Assembly (NCBI GenBank): GCA_964106915.2
Contig: OZ066917.1
Strand: one strand, 5' to 3'
DNA length: 64,000 nucleotides
From: Podarcis gaigeae
Lineage: Eukaryota
The notes beneath the pieces were generated by a model. The model saw nothing but the letters and a program-made list of their open reading frames with translations. It ran no database searches and had not been told where the DNA came from. A program made the translations under genes and the position numbers. Shown here in pieces: positions 49,677 through 62,738 of this stretch. Numbering within the stretch: the first letter of the stretch is position 1; every line of letters starts with the position of its first letter.

Positions 49677-52328
49677 CTACCTAAGTGTAGAACCTTACAA
49701 TTGTCCCTAATGAAATTCATTTTTTTAGTTTGGGCCCAGTTCTTCAATCTGTTAAAGTAATAATGAATCCAGATTCTATATTCAGCTGTATTGGCTACCC
49801 CTCCCAGTTTGGTGTCATCTGCAAATTTGATGAGCATCCCCTCAACACCTTCATCCAAGTCGTTTATAAAGATGTTGAACAATGGACCTAGGGAGAACCC
49901 TGTGGCCGCTCCTTTGTCACTTTTTTCCCCTGAAGAGGAATCCTTAGTGAGCACTCTTTGGATTTGGTCAACCAGCTACAAATTCACCCAACAGTTACCA
50001 AGTCCAGCCCACATTTTTTTTTAGCTTTTTTTTCAAGATAACACACTGGCAACCAAGGTAAGTGGTACAAATTTGGTGCAATCTGTTCTGACCTCCTAGT
50101 CCCAACTAGTAACAGGGTAGCCATATTTTGCACTGCTGAAGTTTCTAAATCATTTTCAAATGCTGCCTCATGTAAAGTTCATTAACATAATCTGTACTGG
50201 GTGGTAACAAGAACATGGACAGTGAGTCAAGTTCTGACCTCTCTAGATAAGGTCACAGTTCTATACCTGCCTCGACTGATTAAGAGCACTCCCAGCTACT
50301 AAGGTTATGTGCATAGTGGCAATAGCAACATCAGTCTCATTCCCCAGTACAGGAGCATCTTTTTCAAAGTATTTCACATGGCTCAATTTATATGCAAATC
50401 TGAGCTAGTTTTGCATACCAATCTTTCAGAATCTAGTGTCCTTGAGAATGACTTTATTCTCTTTATTCATGTGAGTCATGACCAAATGTCAATGTTTACT
50501 TATTAAACTTAGTCAGGGCTCTGTACATATTTTTGTAATGCAACTCACAGTCCAGAATTACCGTAAATATCTTAAGAATCTTAGTTTCCCTTAAAAATAT
50601 GACATTTCTGTTAGGTTTGCAAAGATAGGCTTGGAAGTATATAGACAATTCTTGCTGACATTGATGGAGCAGCTGAACAAGATTGCTGGAGTGCATTTCA
50701 AATGGATTTCTTAATGTATCTACCATGCTCTCCCCAAATTGACCAAGAAAATTATGCAAAATTAGCAAATCCATGCAAATCTGTTACATTTGTTTGATTT
50801 ATACATGTCAAGAGATCAGCCCTTTTTTGGCACAGAATGTACATTTAGTTATATACAGAACTCTTGTATGTTGGTTTAGCACAAAACATGCATACTTCCA
50901 CTTATACCACAAAACTCGTAAGAATTGTAGACAGATCGTCAGCTTGGTGAGGAAATTTCTCCTAGCCTCTGTATTTGAGTGCCTGCAAACCAGCACCTAT
51001 CCTTTAAAATTTGGTGCTTTTCTTAAATCCCAGCACTGTTGTGTTACATATACCGCTTCCTCCTGGTTTTTCAAAAATGAATTGAAGGGATGCCCAAGAG
51101 AAGCTCTGAAGCAATTTTTTCTTCAATGTGTTTTTCAAAGACAGCCGTTATAATTTAAAATTTAAATCATTTTATTTCTTGGTTTCTTGATTAATGCATT
51201 TGAACACTGGAACCTGAACAGGGTTATAGGCAATGACCTAGTGCAAGAATAGTGAACTGGCGCCTCATGATGTTTACCAACATCATAATCAAGCTGAGCC
51301 TGGAGAACATGATCACACACACTTTTTTTTTTCAAGTGGTACTTGCATCAAGGAAAATGTCATACTTTCCCAGTTCTGTCAGAAGTTGGCACTTGCACTT
51401 TCAATGCCAGTTCCAAAGATATCTTTCCCCATATATAGCCAAGTAAAAAACTGCTAACATTTACTCAGGAGACAGGTGGATGATCTGTTGTTTTAGTCCT
51501 TTCTATCGTGTATGGGTGTATTTACGTCTCCACCGCTATTTTTTTATGTGAAATACACATTCCTGGCTTTCGTTAGGACTGAAGGCAGGTCACTAAGCAA
51601 ACATCTGGGAAAAAAGAAACGCTCAGAAACCAGGAGGCGGCAAAACGCCTCACGTTTATTAGCAACAACCGGGTTACACATAACGACAATTCCCATGGAT
51701 TTTCCCAACACTTAACAACGCTGCGCACCCGCCCGTCCCCCCCGCACCGGTTTGTGAGGTGAGAAAAAGGAGGGTTGTTTGAGAGGACGAAGAAAGGCTC
51801 TTCCCTCACGGGGAGGGAGCCCGAACCGCACTCGAGGAAGCAAACGGACGCGAGGGGCGACCACCAAACAGCTGCCACAACCCACCCCACCCCCGGCTCT
51901 CCCCGCCGCTTCCGAATCCACAGCGAAGGAATGTCCCCGAAAATGGCCCCCTTTTAAATACCGCCCTCCGCGCCGCCTCGCGCCACAAACAGCTGTTGCC
52001 CTTTCCCTCCCCCCCATACCTACTCCACCCCCTGAGGCGCGCGACACCTTCCCCTTCCACGGAGCGCGCGCGCGCACGCGCCGCCTCCTACAAAAGCCAA
52101 CGGCCAGTCGGCGGCTGTTCCAGAAATTTCCTCACTCCCCCCTCCCCTCCCTTTCCTCGCGCCTGCCTGCCGACGCCCCTAACCCCCCCCCTCCGGGTAG
52201 GTTACGGTGCGGATGCCCCCGCCCCGCTATTCCGTATGGCGGGCTCGCCTCCCCCCACTCTGCCCCACATCCCCGGGCCTGTTTGCGCGGCGGAGCCAAG
52301 ACGGCCGACAGCGGCGGCGGGCGCGCCG

Positions 52329-52369
52329 TGATGGATGGCTGGCTGGCTAGGAGCAGGTTTGAGTGACAG
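52329..52369 (+). promoter_or_regulatory. PBX-HOX (TGATGGATGG) plus PBX-PREP (TGAGTGACAG) motif pair at the start of PKNOX1 intron 1
   Basis: Exact consensus matches at 52329-52338 and 52360-52369. Confidence 0.5.
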
Positions 52370-52376
52370 CGCTTAC

Positions 52377-52450
52377 CTGGGTGCCAATCTTCGTCACACT
52401 GACAAGCGGCTGCAGCAATCGGGACCCGCACCGCCGCGACGCGCGTCACC
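52377..52450 (-). other. PKNOX1: PKNOX1 non-coding exon 1 (5' boundary approximate)
   Basis: Strong donor CCCAG|GTAAGC on - strand inside the CpG island. The sequence GCAGCCGCTTGTCAGTGTGACGAAGATTGGCACCCAG resembles the recalled mammalian PKNOX1 5'UTR. Confidence 0.8.
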
Positions 52451-53253
52451 ACGCACACACGGCCTCATCCAATCGCCTGCCGCGCCGCGCCGGACGCCAC
52501 CGCGCTGCACCAGGCGTCTCATCAATATTCAGCGAGGGAGCGGGGCACGTCGTGTTTTTAGATACGCCCACCGCGACGCACGCCTCGGTGAAGGGGCGGG
52601 GCGGTGGCAAAGGTGCCGCCCTCTCGGGCCTCTGCGCGCGGCCGCAGCATGCTTATGAATACTCATGAAGTGGGCGGGGGGCGCCACGCACCTCTCTTCG
52701 GACGCCCTTTCCCGCTTCCTTTAGTTTGGTCTGGAGGGACTCGGAGGTGGAAGGGGCGCCTGCGGCGTCGGCAAAAGGCTCCGTCCCTTGGGAGCCATTT
52801 AGCCCACAGACCGAAGCCGCTCGTGACGTCAGCTGCCTTTCCCTCAGTGGGAGATGGCCGAGGCGAGCCCCGTGGGCCGAGATGCGAGGGGAGCCCTTGG
52901 CTGACCAGTGCCTTTAGGAAGCCGCGAGGAACTCTTCACAAGGAACCCGTGACTTACTTCGTCTTATTATCTCACTTACCCTACGTAAGAGCTCCAAAAC
53001 AGTAATTTTTTAGTAAAAATGGAGAAGCAAAACAGGCGCACATCCCCCCCTCCAGTATTTTTAACTTTCGGCTTCAGTTATTGGGAAGAAAGCAGCCTCG
53101 GGTGGCGATCAGCAGTACCGGACTGTTGGTTGTGACTTTGCCATTCTTTATTCGGATCGTGTTGCTCTTTGGGGAGCAAGACCACTGAAAACGGCAGAAG
53201 CGTGGAAGGATTGCGGCCCATCTCTCCTGAAAACGCTACTTGTCCTTTATACA

Positions 53254-53498
53254 AAACAAAAAAAAAATCCTTCCAGTAGCACCTTAAAGACCAACTAAGT
53301 TAGTTCTTGGTATGAGCTTTCGTGTGCATGCACACTTCTTCAGATACCTGAAGAATATCTTAATATTGGTATCTGAAGAAGTGTGCATGCACACGAAAGC
53401 TCATACCAAGAACTAACTTAGTTGGTCTTTAAGGTGCTACTGGAAGGAATTTGTTTTGTTTTGACTATGGCAGACCAACATGGCTACCTATCTGTAAC
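53254..53498. mobile_element. Penelope-like element terminal remnant (inverted pseudo-LTR fold-back)
   Basis: 81-bp inverted arms 53268-53348 and 53368-53448; 13-bp TSD TGTCCTTTATACA; hammerhead core motif. Confidence 0.75.
53368..53407 (+). ncRNA. Minimal type I hammerhead ribozyme motif (inverted copy at 53309-53348, - strand)
   Basis: GGTAT-CTGAAGA-A-GTGTGCATGCACAC-GAAA-GC-TC-ATACC. Confidence 0.6.
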
Positions 53499-54606
53499 TG
53501 TCCTTTATACAGTAGTTCGATAAGAGGTAGTTAAAGGGCTGGGGAGCTATACATAAAATTTTAGGAGCTTAACTGAGAACAGTCATACTAGTTTCTGCTT
53601 TTGATTGGGATTTTTATATTTTAACGTATTTGCATCTTGGCCTCCTCCTATAAAAACTTGTTAGAGAAAGGTTACGAACATAAGAGTGAGTGAAAGCAAA
53701 GCATGGGAAACATCTCTGGAAGCCAACCCTTCGCTACTTTCGCTTCCAGCCTTCTCTGGCTTGAAAGAAGGTGGGGATAAAAGAAAATGCACACCCTTGA
53801 CATGTTGTATATCTGGCCCCTTTAGTTGCTGTTTTACTTTCCACTGAATCCTACAGAAGTGAGCACCACCTCCTTAATCTGTGCTCATATGAGAAAATAG
53901 GCTGTTGCCCATAAAAGCTCAATCACAACTAGTTCTTTGCAGAGATGTGTAAAGTGAATAGGGATCTACCTACTTATATAAACATTTAGTTCTTTATTTG
54001 CAGGGTCAACAAACTGCTGCTTACCTAGAGCCTTCAGGCATAAATTGGATAGATTAATAAATAAATTATCCATTTATTTTCCTTCCGCAATGGCTGGAGT
54101 TTTGTAAACGTTGGGACTTGAGAGTATATATTATTAGGCTTGAGTTGCTGTGCGCAGCTTTCTATTCCCATTAAAAACAATGCAACTGTGTTGGATGTTA
54201 AAGGCTGTGGGCTAGCAATCAGGCAAACTTTTCAAAATAAAATTGATAACAAAACTTGTATGTTATGTATTAAGAAATCTAAACATTTGTAAAAGAAAAA
54301 AATACTGCTGCACCTTCAAGACTTAACAACTTATTGCACCACAAGCATCTCCAGATACCTTACAATGAGTCTAGCAGTGCTCATGCTTGCACATGAGCAA
54401 ACTTTAAGGGAACAGGTAAATATTTAAACAGGCAGAATTAGAGAATTGCATTCAATGATAGCTTCCAGCTAGCAAATATGCTTCCTGTGTTAGGCGAGGC
54501 ACTTGGATTTTACTCACAATTTTTACCCAGCACAGCCTTTTGGGTCTCCCAAAATCTGCTCCTGGTGGTTGGGAGACCCTCTGGAGCAGAAGGGGATTTG
54601 ATAAGG

Positions 54607-54850
54607 CAGAGGTCAGCAACCTTTCTCAGCCATGGTCCACCATCCCTCAGACCATGTGGTGGGCCGGAGTATATTTTTTGGGGGAAATGAATGAATTCCT
54701 TTGCCCCACAAATAACCCAGAGATGCATTTTAAATAAACACACATATTCTGCTCATGTAAAAACACACTGATTCCTGGACCTTCTGGGGGCCGGATTGAG
54801 AAGGCGATTGTGCCGCATCTGGCCCCCGGGCCTCAGGTTGCCTACCCCTG
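54607..54850. mobile_element. hAT-type MITE
   Basis: Same family as 17211-17464; TSD TGATAAGG/CGATAAGG. Confidence 0.85.
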
Positions 54851-57800
54851 CGATAAGGCATAAACAGAAGGTTACAATTGGTAGTGAGAATTAGTGAAAA
54901 TGGAGTTCCTCTCCTTGCATCAGTTGAACCATTTTATTATCACAAAGCCACTATTGGAAACAACCAATAGTATTTTCCCACAAATTACTGTTGAGTATTT
55001 ATTTACTGTTTTATATGTTCAAGGGCATTACCACCCAAAAGTATGCAGATATTGCAAACTTTGTAATGAATGAAAATTTATAAATGTGTACATGGGAGTA
55101 ACAGTTGTTCAGCTAACCATCTTTAGACTAAGGCAGGCAAAACCAGCTGGGTCTTTAGACTCAAGGAAAATTCCAGTATGGCAGTCAGAACCAGCCCTTG
55201 AGAAAATGTTGGGACTAGAGTCAATATTCAAAAATACATTCTTATTTTGATTTTTGTGATAACTTATGGATATAAAAATAATTATATTTGTAATGTTTCT
55301 AGGTATCTCACAGTGTTGTAAAGTATCAGAGCAGGTAGCATTTCTACAACAGAGAAATAAAAAATAAGGACATAAAATAAAAACATAGCCACTTTTAAAA
55401 TAACTCCCTGTTGGCTTAACTCCCAGCCACCAAATGCCTGTCCAAATGAAAAAGGGCTGGCATTGCTTTTGGAAAATGCTTGAGCTTTGGCCAAACTCCA
55501 AAAGAGAGGAGAAGCAGTTGCTGTGATTGCCTCTCCAGGTGTCCTTGACCTTCATAGGTTTTGTACAGCTGATATTGCAATAAAGGCCATCTTAGTAGGT
55601 CTGAATGATCAAGTAAAAAAAAGGGGGGGAAAGAATTAAGTGCAGTTTCTACTTAGCTAATGGTTGAAATTTTCGCATTTAAGTCTTGTTTTAAAGCTTT
55701 TGAGCCTTCCTGAACTCTTGGGATATAAATATAAAGTGCTATACAACCAAATATCTACTGGGAGTAGATACAGTGATCTCAATTGGATGTCACCCATAAT
55801 AAGTCACATATTTCCTCTTTATTTCAAGTCTATTGGTCACTGTCATGTTTAACAGGTGGTGCTAACAGCTGCTGTTCACCAACGCCACCTTGGTCATACA
55901 TAATGTGCATAGTAAATACTTGTAATACCTTCTTCCAAATGCAGAAGGAAACCGTGACTTTTGATGAGGGCTGGGGAGAAAATAATTGCACCAAAAACAT
56001 TGTGAAACTGATCCAGTGTCTTGACCCCACCAGCACCAAAAACAAAAAAAAGTATTTTCTTAAGTCATACTGCTAATTAGTTAATACATTTTCTTAGGGA
56101 TACATTCCCTTTAACTCAATTGTTAAACCTCTGACTCCCCTACAAATTATAGCACGGGGCCCCTTTTAAGCCTTTGGGTTTTTGCAATACATTCCTTTTT
56201 AAAAAAGAAAGAGTAAGAAAATCAAGTGTAAAAAAGTATTTCAGGTTTCCCATAGTATTTCAGGTTTAAAAACAGGATTGTATGGAATGGTACATTGTGT
56301 CTTTTATCCTTTTTTAAAAGTCTTTAATCACTGCCCTTTGTTTGGAAGGTATTTAACTCTGCACTTCTCAAGTGAACAGTTGTAAGGACACTCTGTAAAA
56401 GAATTTTCCTTTAGATATTCAGTGGCTGTCCATTATATGTTACTTCTTCTGCTTGGGATTCTTTTCTCTAAGCATGTCTCCCTACTTCTCCGTGTTCTGG
56501 TAATAACACAAATGACTAAGGATTTAGCTGAAAGTACTAAGGGAAACTGTTTCCCACTGTAATTCTAGTTCTATTCTGGAGAACAAGCTGCTGTCTTGTC
56601 TGGTAGAGCAGTCAGAATAGCACATTTTTAACTAAAGCACGAAAGAGCCAAGTGTGAATAATGGGGTTACTATGTAGTCATGACAGCAGAATGCCGACAT
56701 GATACTCAAGAGAGCAATGGACATGGGGCCAGAGTTTCACTAGAAATCATGTCTTTTACTGGTTAATTACTGAAGGATTCCCATGAAGGGAGAAAGAAAA
56801 GGAAGGATTAAGACACAGTTGATCAGCAAACTTCAGTTTCTAAGGAAGAGAAAGGAAGTTTGCAGCAAGGCAGAGAAAGATTTAGACTGAGTAAATGATT
56901 TAAAGAGAAGGAAACAATTGTTGGCCATTTATTCTGTCTGAATCTCAGGAAGGAGGCTGTTTCAGGGAGGCGAGGATGAACATAGCATGTGGTTTACTGC
57001 CATTTAACAACAAAAAAATCATGATGAAGAATTGAAACAACCCATTTCAAAGTGAGTGATGTGTATTATAAATGATCAGCCTCATTCTGAGCCAGCACAG
57101 TTTTGATTGGATTAAAAGACTGTGTGACAATCGCCTTCCTGCCATGCAATAAACATAATGGCTGCAAGATCCACATTTTAAATTGGGCCAGATTAAAGCT
57201 GGTAGGAGTCCTAGGGTACAAATTAAATGGAAGTCCTTGTGACATACAACAACAACAAAACTTCATTTGCAGTAGAGAAATATACTGAAACGCTGGATCT
57301 AGATCAGAGATGGGGAAGCTGTGCCTCCCCAGATATTGCTGGGCTACAGCTCTCATCACCCCTGACTGTTGGTCATACAAGTTGGGGCTTAAGAGCGTGA
57401 AAGGGTCAAACTTGGAGGGTCACAAGCTCCCCATTCCTGGATAAAGAGCTTTATTCTGCTTCCAGTTTTCTCCTAGCTCAACACCAGCTCAAAGCTTCTT
57501 CACCAGCTGCGTTAAAAAAAAATCACTGAAAAATGCTGTAATGAAAAGAAAACCATTTTATGGCAGATTCTTTCCGTCGTATTCTCTCTCTATAATTTTT
57601 TTCTGTTTTACAATTTCAAATACTCACTTTACATCCTTAAAATATCAATGATTCTTTCACTCTTCTGGGCTATGGCATTGCTATGCTTAATTCTGCTAGA
57701 AGGTATTCTATGGATAGAGGAACAGCTGCTTTTCTAGGGCCCATAAAGAGCCAGAGAAAGGTTTGCTGCATGGTTGCCTTGGTATGCGCTACAAAGTGCT

Positions 57801-59269
57801 TAATCTAGCCCTTAAATTGTCTAAATTGAGGGTCATTTGGGCAATCTTTTTTGCAGGCTTCTTGATTACAAAGGAACTTTTCCCTACGCCATGTGAACTT
57901 CCTTTCTTCCTGTTCCTTTGATCTTCTCCAGGGCTGAAAAGGAGAGTGAGCACTTCCAGATGAACAGTGGGCTTTGTTTCATTAAGGTTACATTTAGGAA
58001 AGTTTGAAAGTTGCTTCCTGGATTGAGGGAAACTCGTGGCACAGTTTTAGGAAAGTTGGGCCCAATTTTTAGATATACATCGCATACACCGCAACATACT
58101 AGCAGCATAATGGCTTTGCTCCTACACAATAGGGGAGCAAAGATATACTGCAATAACTCCCTTTTAGCCATAATCATTCTTATTCTGGAAATCCACTGAT
58201 TTCATTCTACCGGGGGGGGGGGGACCACCACCCCAAGACCCTGTCCAGGAAGCTGACAAGAATTATTTACCGGTACTTTTCCTGTGGATCCCGTGATAAT
58301 AGTTGTAACATGTTGAGTGGGCAATTTAATGGTCACATAACGCTTATGGCAGGTCTTTGTACAAACTTATTGGAACTATGGGAATTCTGATCACAAAAAG
58401 GGCCTTCCTTCCCTTTCCTCTTTTGATGTTGTGTGTTTTAGATTGTAAACCTGTGGGCAGGGAGTGTCTTGTTTTAACTGAATGTATGTAAGCGCTCTAG
58501 GAGAGCCTTTTCGGCTGAAGCGTAGGGCACAATGCTTAAAACAAATTAAAAGGGGCCTCTGCTGCGCAAAGTTTTCCTCTATAGTCACTTTCTCAGTCAA
58601 GCTGTTAAAATAACAAGAAAGACATGTAAGTTAACTGTCTTGCTGCTCTGATACAATGTAACTCAAACAAAGAGCACTTTGTCAGGTCAATACTAATATT
58701 TTCTGGCTCTTACAATTCTGTGCACTGTAACAGAAATACACATAGGGAACATGCTTGGCTTTTCCTTAGAAGTCAATGGATGAGTATAATAATGATTTTA
58801 ATTGAACTGGAACTGTAATAAAAGGGCTTTTACAAGTTTGTAAATAAAAATGGAGACATGTTCCCATCATGTATGACATTAAACAATTCTCTTTCCTTTG
58901 GCTTAATTCTTTTGTGGGTGAAATGTTTTGGTTTGAACTGTTTAATTTGTCTTCTATAATTTTACTCATTTCATTCATTAATTTATGCACCACTTGATTG
59001 AAGGGGAAAAAAACCTCAAAACTGTTTACAAAAAGAATAAAACAGTAACATTATCAGCAAAAAGAGTTTAAAACTATTTAAAACATTCAGAAAATGATTA
59101 AAACCAACAAGTTGAAAACAGCTAAAAATACATGTCAGTATTTTGCATATATGGATAGGTTTGCATAAACAAAAATGCATAAATTGTATTATTCTTTTGC
59201 AACATACCATGTGTCCATATGATGAAGGGTATGCAAGAGTGCTTGTGAATGAAAAAATAAAAAATAAAG

Positions 59270-59755
59270 TCATCCTCAAATATTTGAAGGCCTGTCACAT
59301 AGATTACGGGAACAGGGTTTTCTGTTGCTTCAGAGGGTAGGCTACAAATTGTCAGAAAAGTGTTTTTAGAGTAATTGTTAGTATGAGTTGTTTGTCAGTG
59401 AAGCAGACTCTTGGAGCATGGTAGACTCTTTTTTGTTAAACATTTTAAAGCAGAGCTGGGATGGCCACTTATGGCATACTGGAGTAGTGGGGGATTTCCT
59501 GCAGTGATAGAGGGTTGGGCTGGATCAGGCAGGCATAGGCAAACTCGACCCTCCAGATGTTTTGGGACTACAACTCCCATGACTCGATGGCTCTTGTGGT
59601 CTCTTCCAACTCTATGATTCTATGATCCCTAGCTAACAGGACCAGTGGTCAGGGATGATTGGAATTGTAGTCTCAAAACATCTGGAGGGTTGAGTTTGCC
59701 TATGCCCGGGCTAGATGAGCTTCAAGGGCCTTCCCTCTTATTCTAAACCTATGAG
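59270..59755 (+). mobile_element. Old CR1 3' end containing a hAT MITE (59530-59708), which itself contains a short CR1 tail (about 59583-59626)
   Basis: CR1 3' sequence resumes after the MITE; GTCTCTTCCAACTCTATGATTCTATGAT inside the MITE. Confidence 0.7.
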
Positions 59756-62503
59756 AATCATTTATATTGACACCATTGGTATATGAAATGCCAGTGGCTG
59801 CTTTCTTCATGCCTGGAAGACACAATTTCCCCTGCCACAAACCTGCACCAAAACCAGTTACTGTAGATAATGCATCCTGAGCCCATCTCATAATCCTCTT
59901 TCGCTATGCTGCACAGGAAATAGCATATACAGTACACACTCCATCTCAACCAAGTAATGCTCCAATGTGTTGTTGAATTCCTTCATGCTTTAGGAAAACC
60001 CTTGCATTGGAGTTAAAAGCATTTCCCACTAGAAATATTTTTCTGCTTGAGACGCTATTGAAATGTGTGATGGATGCCTGTATTCATTTTGATGGGAAAA
60101 GCTTAACAGTATGTAAATTATTTTTGACAAACACTTTATTTACACAGCCACTAATGTTCTATTACATTAGTGTGGAAGTGATGTAATTAATTTTTATGTT
60201 ATCTATGTAAAACTGTCCATTAGGTTCAGGAACCTAATTATGTTGGGATTTATGTTTGGCCTTGATAAATGTTCTTGAAAGAACGAAGAATAGAATCTTA
60301 AGACCAGAGTTCTCATGCATTACAGTGCCTGGTAAGGTGAGCTGGGAAAGCTAAAATTTCAACTCTGAATTCACAAAGTGGCATTGGGGAAGATACTCGT
60401 TCAGCCCTGGCACCTCCAAGCAAAGGCTCATCCATTTCTGGAAGGTGTGGCTAGATGGATCAGTGGTCTGCCTTACTTTCAGTCAGCTTCCTACGATCTA
60501 CCTCCTGGTTTCTGTTGGCTATAAGTGTGGAACCAGAAGTAGTTTGCTTGCATTTGAAAGATCAAAGTGCCAGTTTTTTGCTCTACCCACAGCAGCCATG
60601 TAAGAAAAACTGTGCTACAAAAACCAGGAGAGTAAAGTAGACTAAGCCATGCATTCAGTGAAAGTTGTGAGCCACTTTGGAGCTCTAAGAAAACAAACAA
60701 AAGCACATATGATACAAAGCAAGTGGTTTAAAAGCTTGATTTAAAATAATTAATGGGTATTACACTTGTCCTTTTGGTTCTGGGGTTGGCAAGTTGTTAA
60801 ATCTTTTAAAATCTTGAGAATTCCTAATGGACAGGGTTGCAAATGGGTTTTTTAGTTGATAAAGCTGGAATAAAGTATGCAGCATACAATATATTCTTTT
60901 TATAAAAATGTAGTATGTTAACTTACTTGGGTGGCATTTAATATGTAGTAAAGATGTGAATGAAGTACTAGTGTCAGAATAATCAACTCGGGGGGGGGGG
61001 GGGAATGGCCAGAAAGCCTTTATCTATTAATATGATTTTGTAATGGTTGCACAGACAGCACAAATTATCTGAGCAGCTGTGAACTTGGTTTATTTTGTCA
61101 ATTGTAACCAGTAAGTTCCATAAATATTCTAAAATATCTGGGGTTGTAGTAATAAAAGTCATATTCTGCATGCACTGTCTTGTGCTAATCGCAGCAGAGA
61201 ATTCAGTTGCATTATACTGCTTCTGTCTCTAGGGTTTATTTCACATAATCCTGCTTTATGAGCAATATAAGTGAAAACAGTCGAACTCTCCCACCCCCCT
61301 TTCTGCTATGCTGCTTCTTGTAACTGGAATGTCTCTGCTCATAAAAATAAATGTGCTTCTGCTTCCCGATATATTTTATATATGAGAAGATTGAAACAAG
61401 CCCACTCACAGTGTGTAGTGTTTAATATTAAATCATTCTTACTGATAAAACCCCCCTGACTTTTTTGGTAGGAAGGTTTTCTTTAAACATATTCCCCCCC
61501 CCCAAAAAAATAATAATGTGCTAGAAGTAGTATTCTTGGTAGTGACTTTGGGGACTACAAGTACTCAGGTGCTCAAAACAATACTTTGATCAATAACCTT
61601 GAGGCCCGTTCAATAAAGCTGCAGAATACCTTTCTTATAATGCTATATGCCAAATTTTAATGTTACAAACCCATTCCTATTAACCTTGTGTATGGTGTAA
61701 TGTGCTTTTAAGTGCCTCATGTTTTCACAGAGTTTGAAATAAGAGTGAAAAATATTTCATGAGCCAATGTACACATTCAAGTGTGTCCTTCAAAGGTAGA
61801 TTTCAGTAAATATGGGTTAATAATAAGCTGCTTCTCCCAGGAGGAAATATAGCTTTAAAAACTTGGTGGGATGAAAGCTGCCTTATCATTTCTTGGTTTA
61901 GTTTCTCCTCATTAGCCCGTTATTGACTGTGGTTCCCTTCTTGGGAATATCAAAACACGTTACGCTGCCAGAATTCGTTGGCACCAACCGACTGAGTCAG
62001 AGCCTAATGCTATTACAAGGCCTGCAACAGCTGCAACAGCCATACATCTGCAAGTCATTTGGAAATGGGATAGAAACTATCCATTACATGGAATTGTACC
62101 TTATATATTAGTGTATTACCGCTAACAGTCTTTCAGTGACAATATGAGTGGGCCTCTCCACTTTTCTAATTTAATTATATGCAGTTGAATAAATATCTGA
62201 TACTTCCAATAGGCAATATATCCTTAATAGTTCGTTACAGACCTTGGGTATTGCCCAAGCTTCTGAGAACTTTACAATTTATTATGTAACCCCGGGCATT
62301 CTATAAAAGGCGTCACCAAAGGAAATACGTTTTCCTGCAGGTTTTCTTGGGCCAATCCCCTTCTTTGACCGAGAATAGTAAGTCAACTCCTCGCCTCTTC
62401 TCTAATTTAGCCCTTCCTTGTGTCACATTCAAGTTGATTCCCAAAGAAATTCACCAAGGGTGTGCGGATTTCAGTCTAGCTACACAAAAGCCAACATGAA
62501 CTA

Positions 62504-62738
62504 CAGTGGTACCTCTGGTTATGTACTTAATTCATTCCGGAGGTCTGTTCTTAACCTGAAACTGTTCTTACCCTGAAGCACCACTTTAGCTAATGGGACC
62601 TCCCGCTGCCGCTGCATGATTTCTGTTCTCATCCTGAAGCAAAGTTCTTAACCTTAGGTACTGTTTCTGGGTTAGCGAAGTCTGTAACCTGAAGTGTATG
62701 TAACCTGAAGCATATCTAACCCGAGATAGGTACCACTG
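62504..62738. mobile_element. Tigger/pogo-type MITE
   Basis: Near copy of 18837-19075; TA TSD. Confidence 0.9.

Larger units (their letters stand above)
48431..50010 (-). mobile_element. 5'-truncated, decayed CR1 LINE with nested insertions
   Basis: CR1 3' tail at 48431; RT motif LFNIFINDLDEGVEGMLIKFADDTKLGG and CKVLHLG. Confidence 0.92.
51700..52950. promoter_or_regulatory. CpG island promoter of PKNOX1 (GC boxes, CCAAT, full CRE TGACGTCA at 52824-52831)
   Basis: Abrupt rise in GC and CpG; GGGGCGGGG boxes near 52593 and 52671; CCAAT near 52469. Confidence 0.9.

Noticed and set aside
51573-53005. Overlapping long ORFs (up to 195 aa) in the CpG island
   Set aside because: Pro/Arg/Ala/Gly-rich in all frames, as expected from stop-poor GC-rich DNA; no domain recognised.
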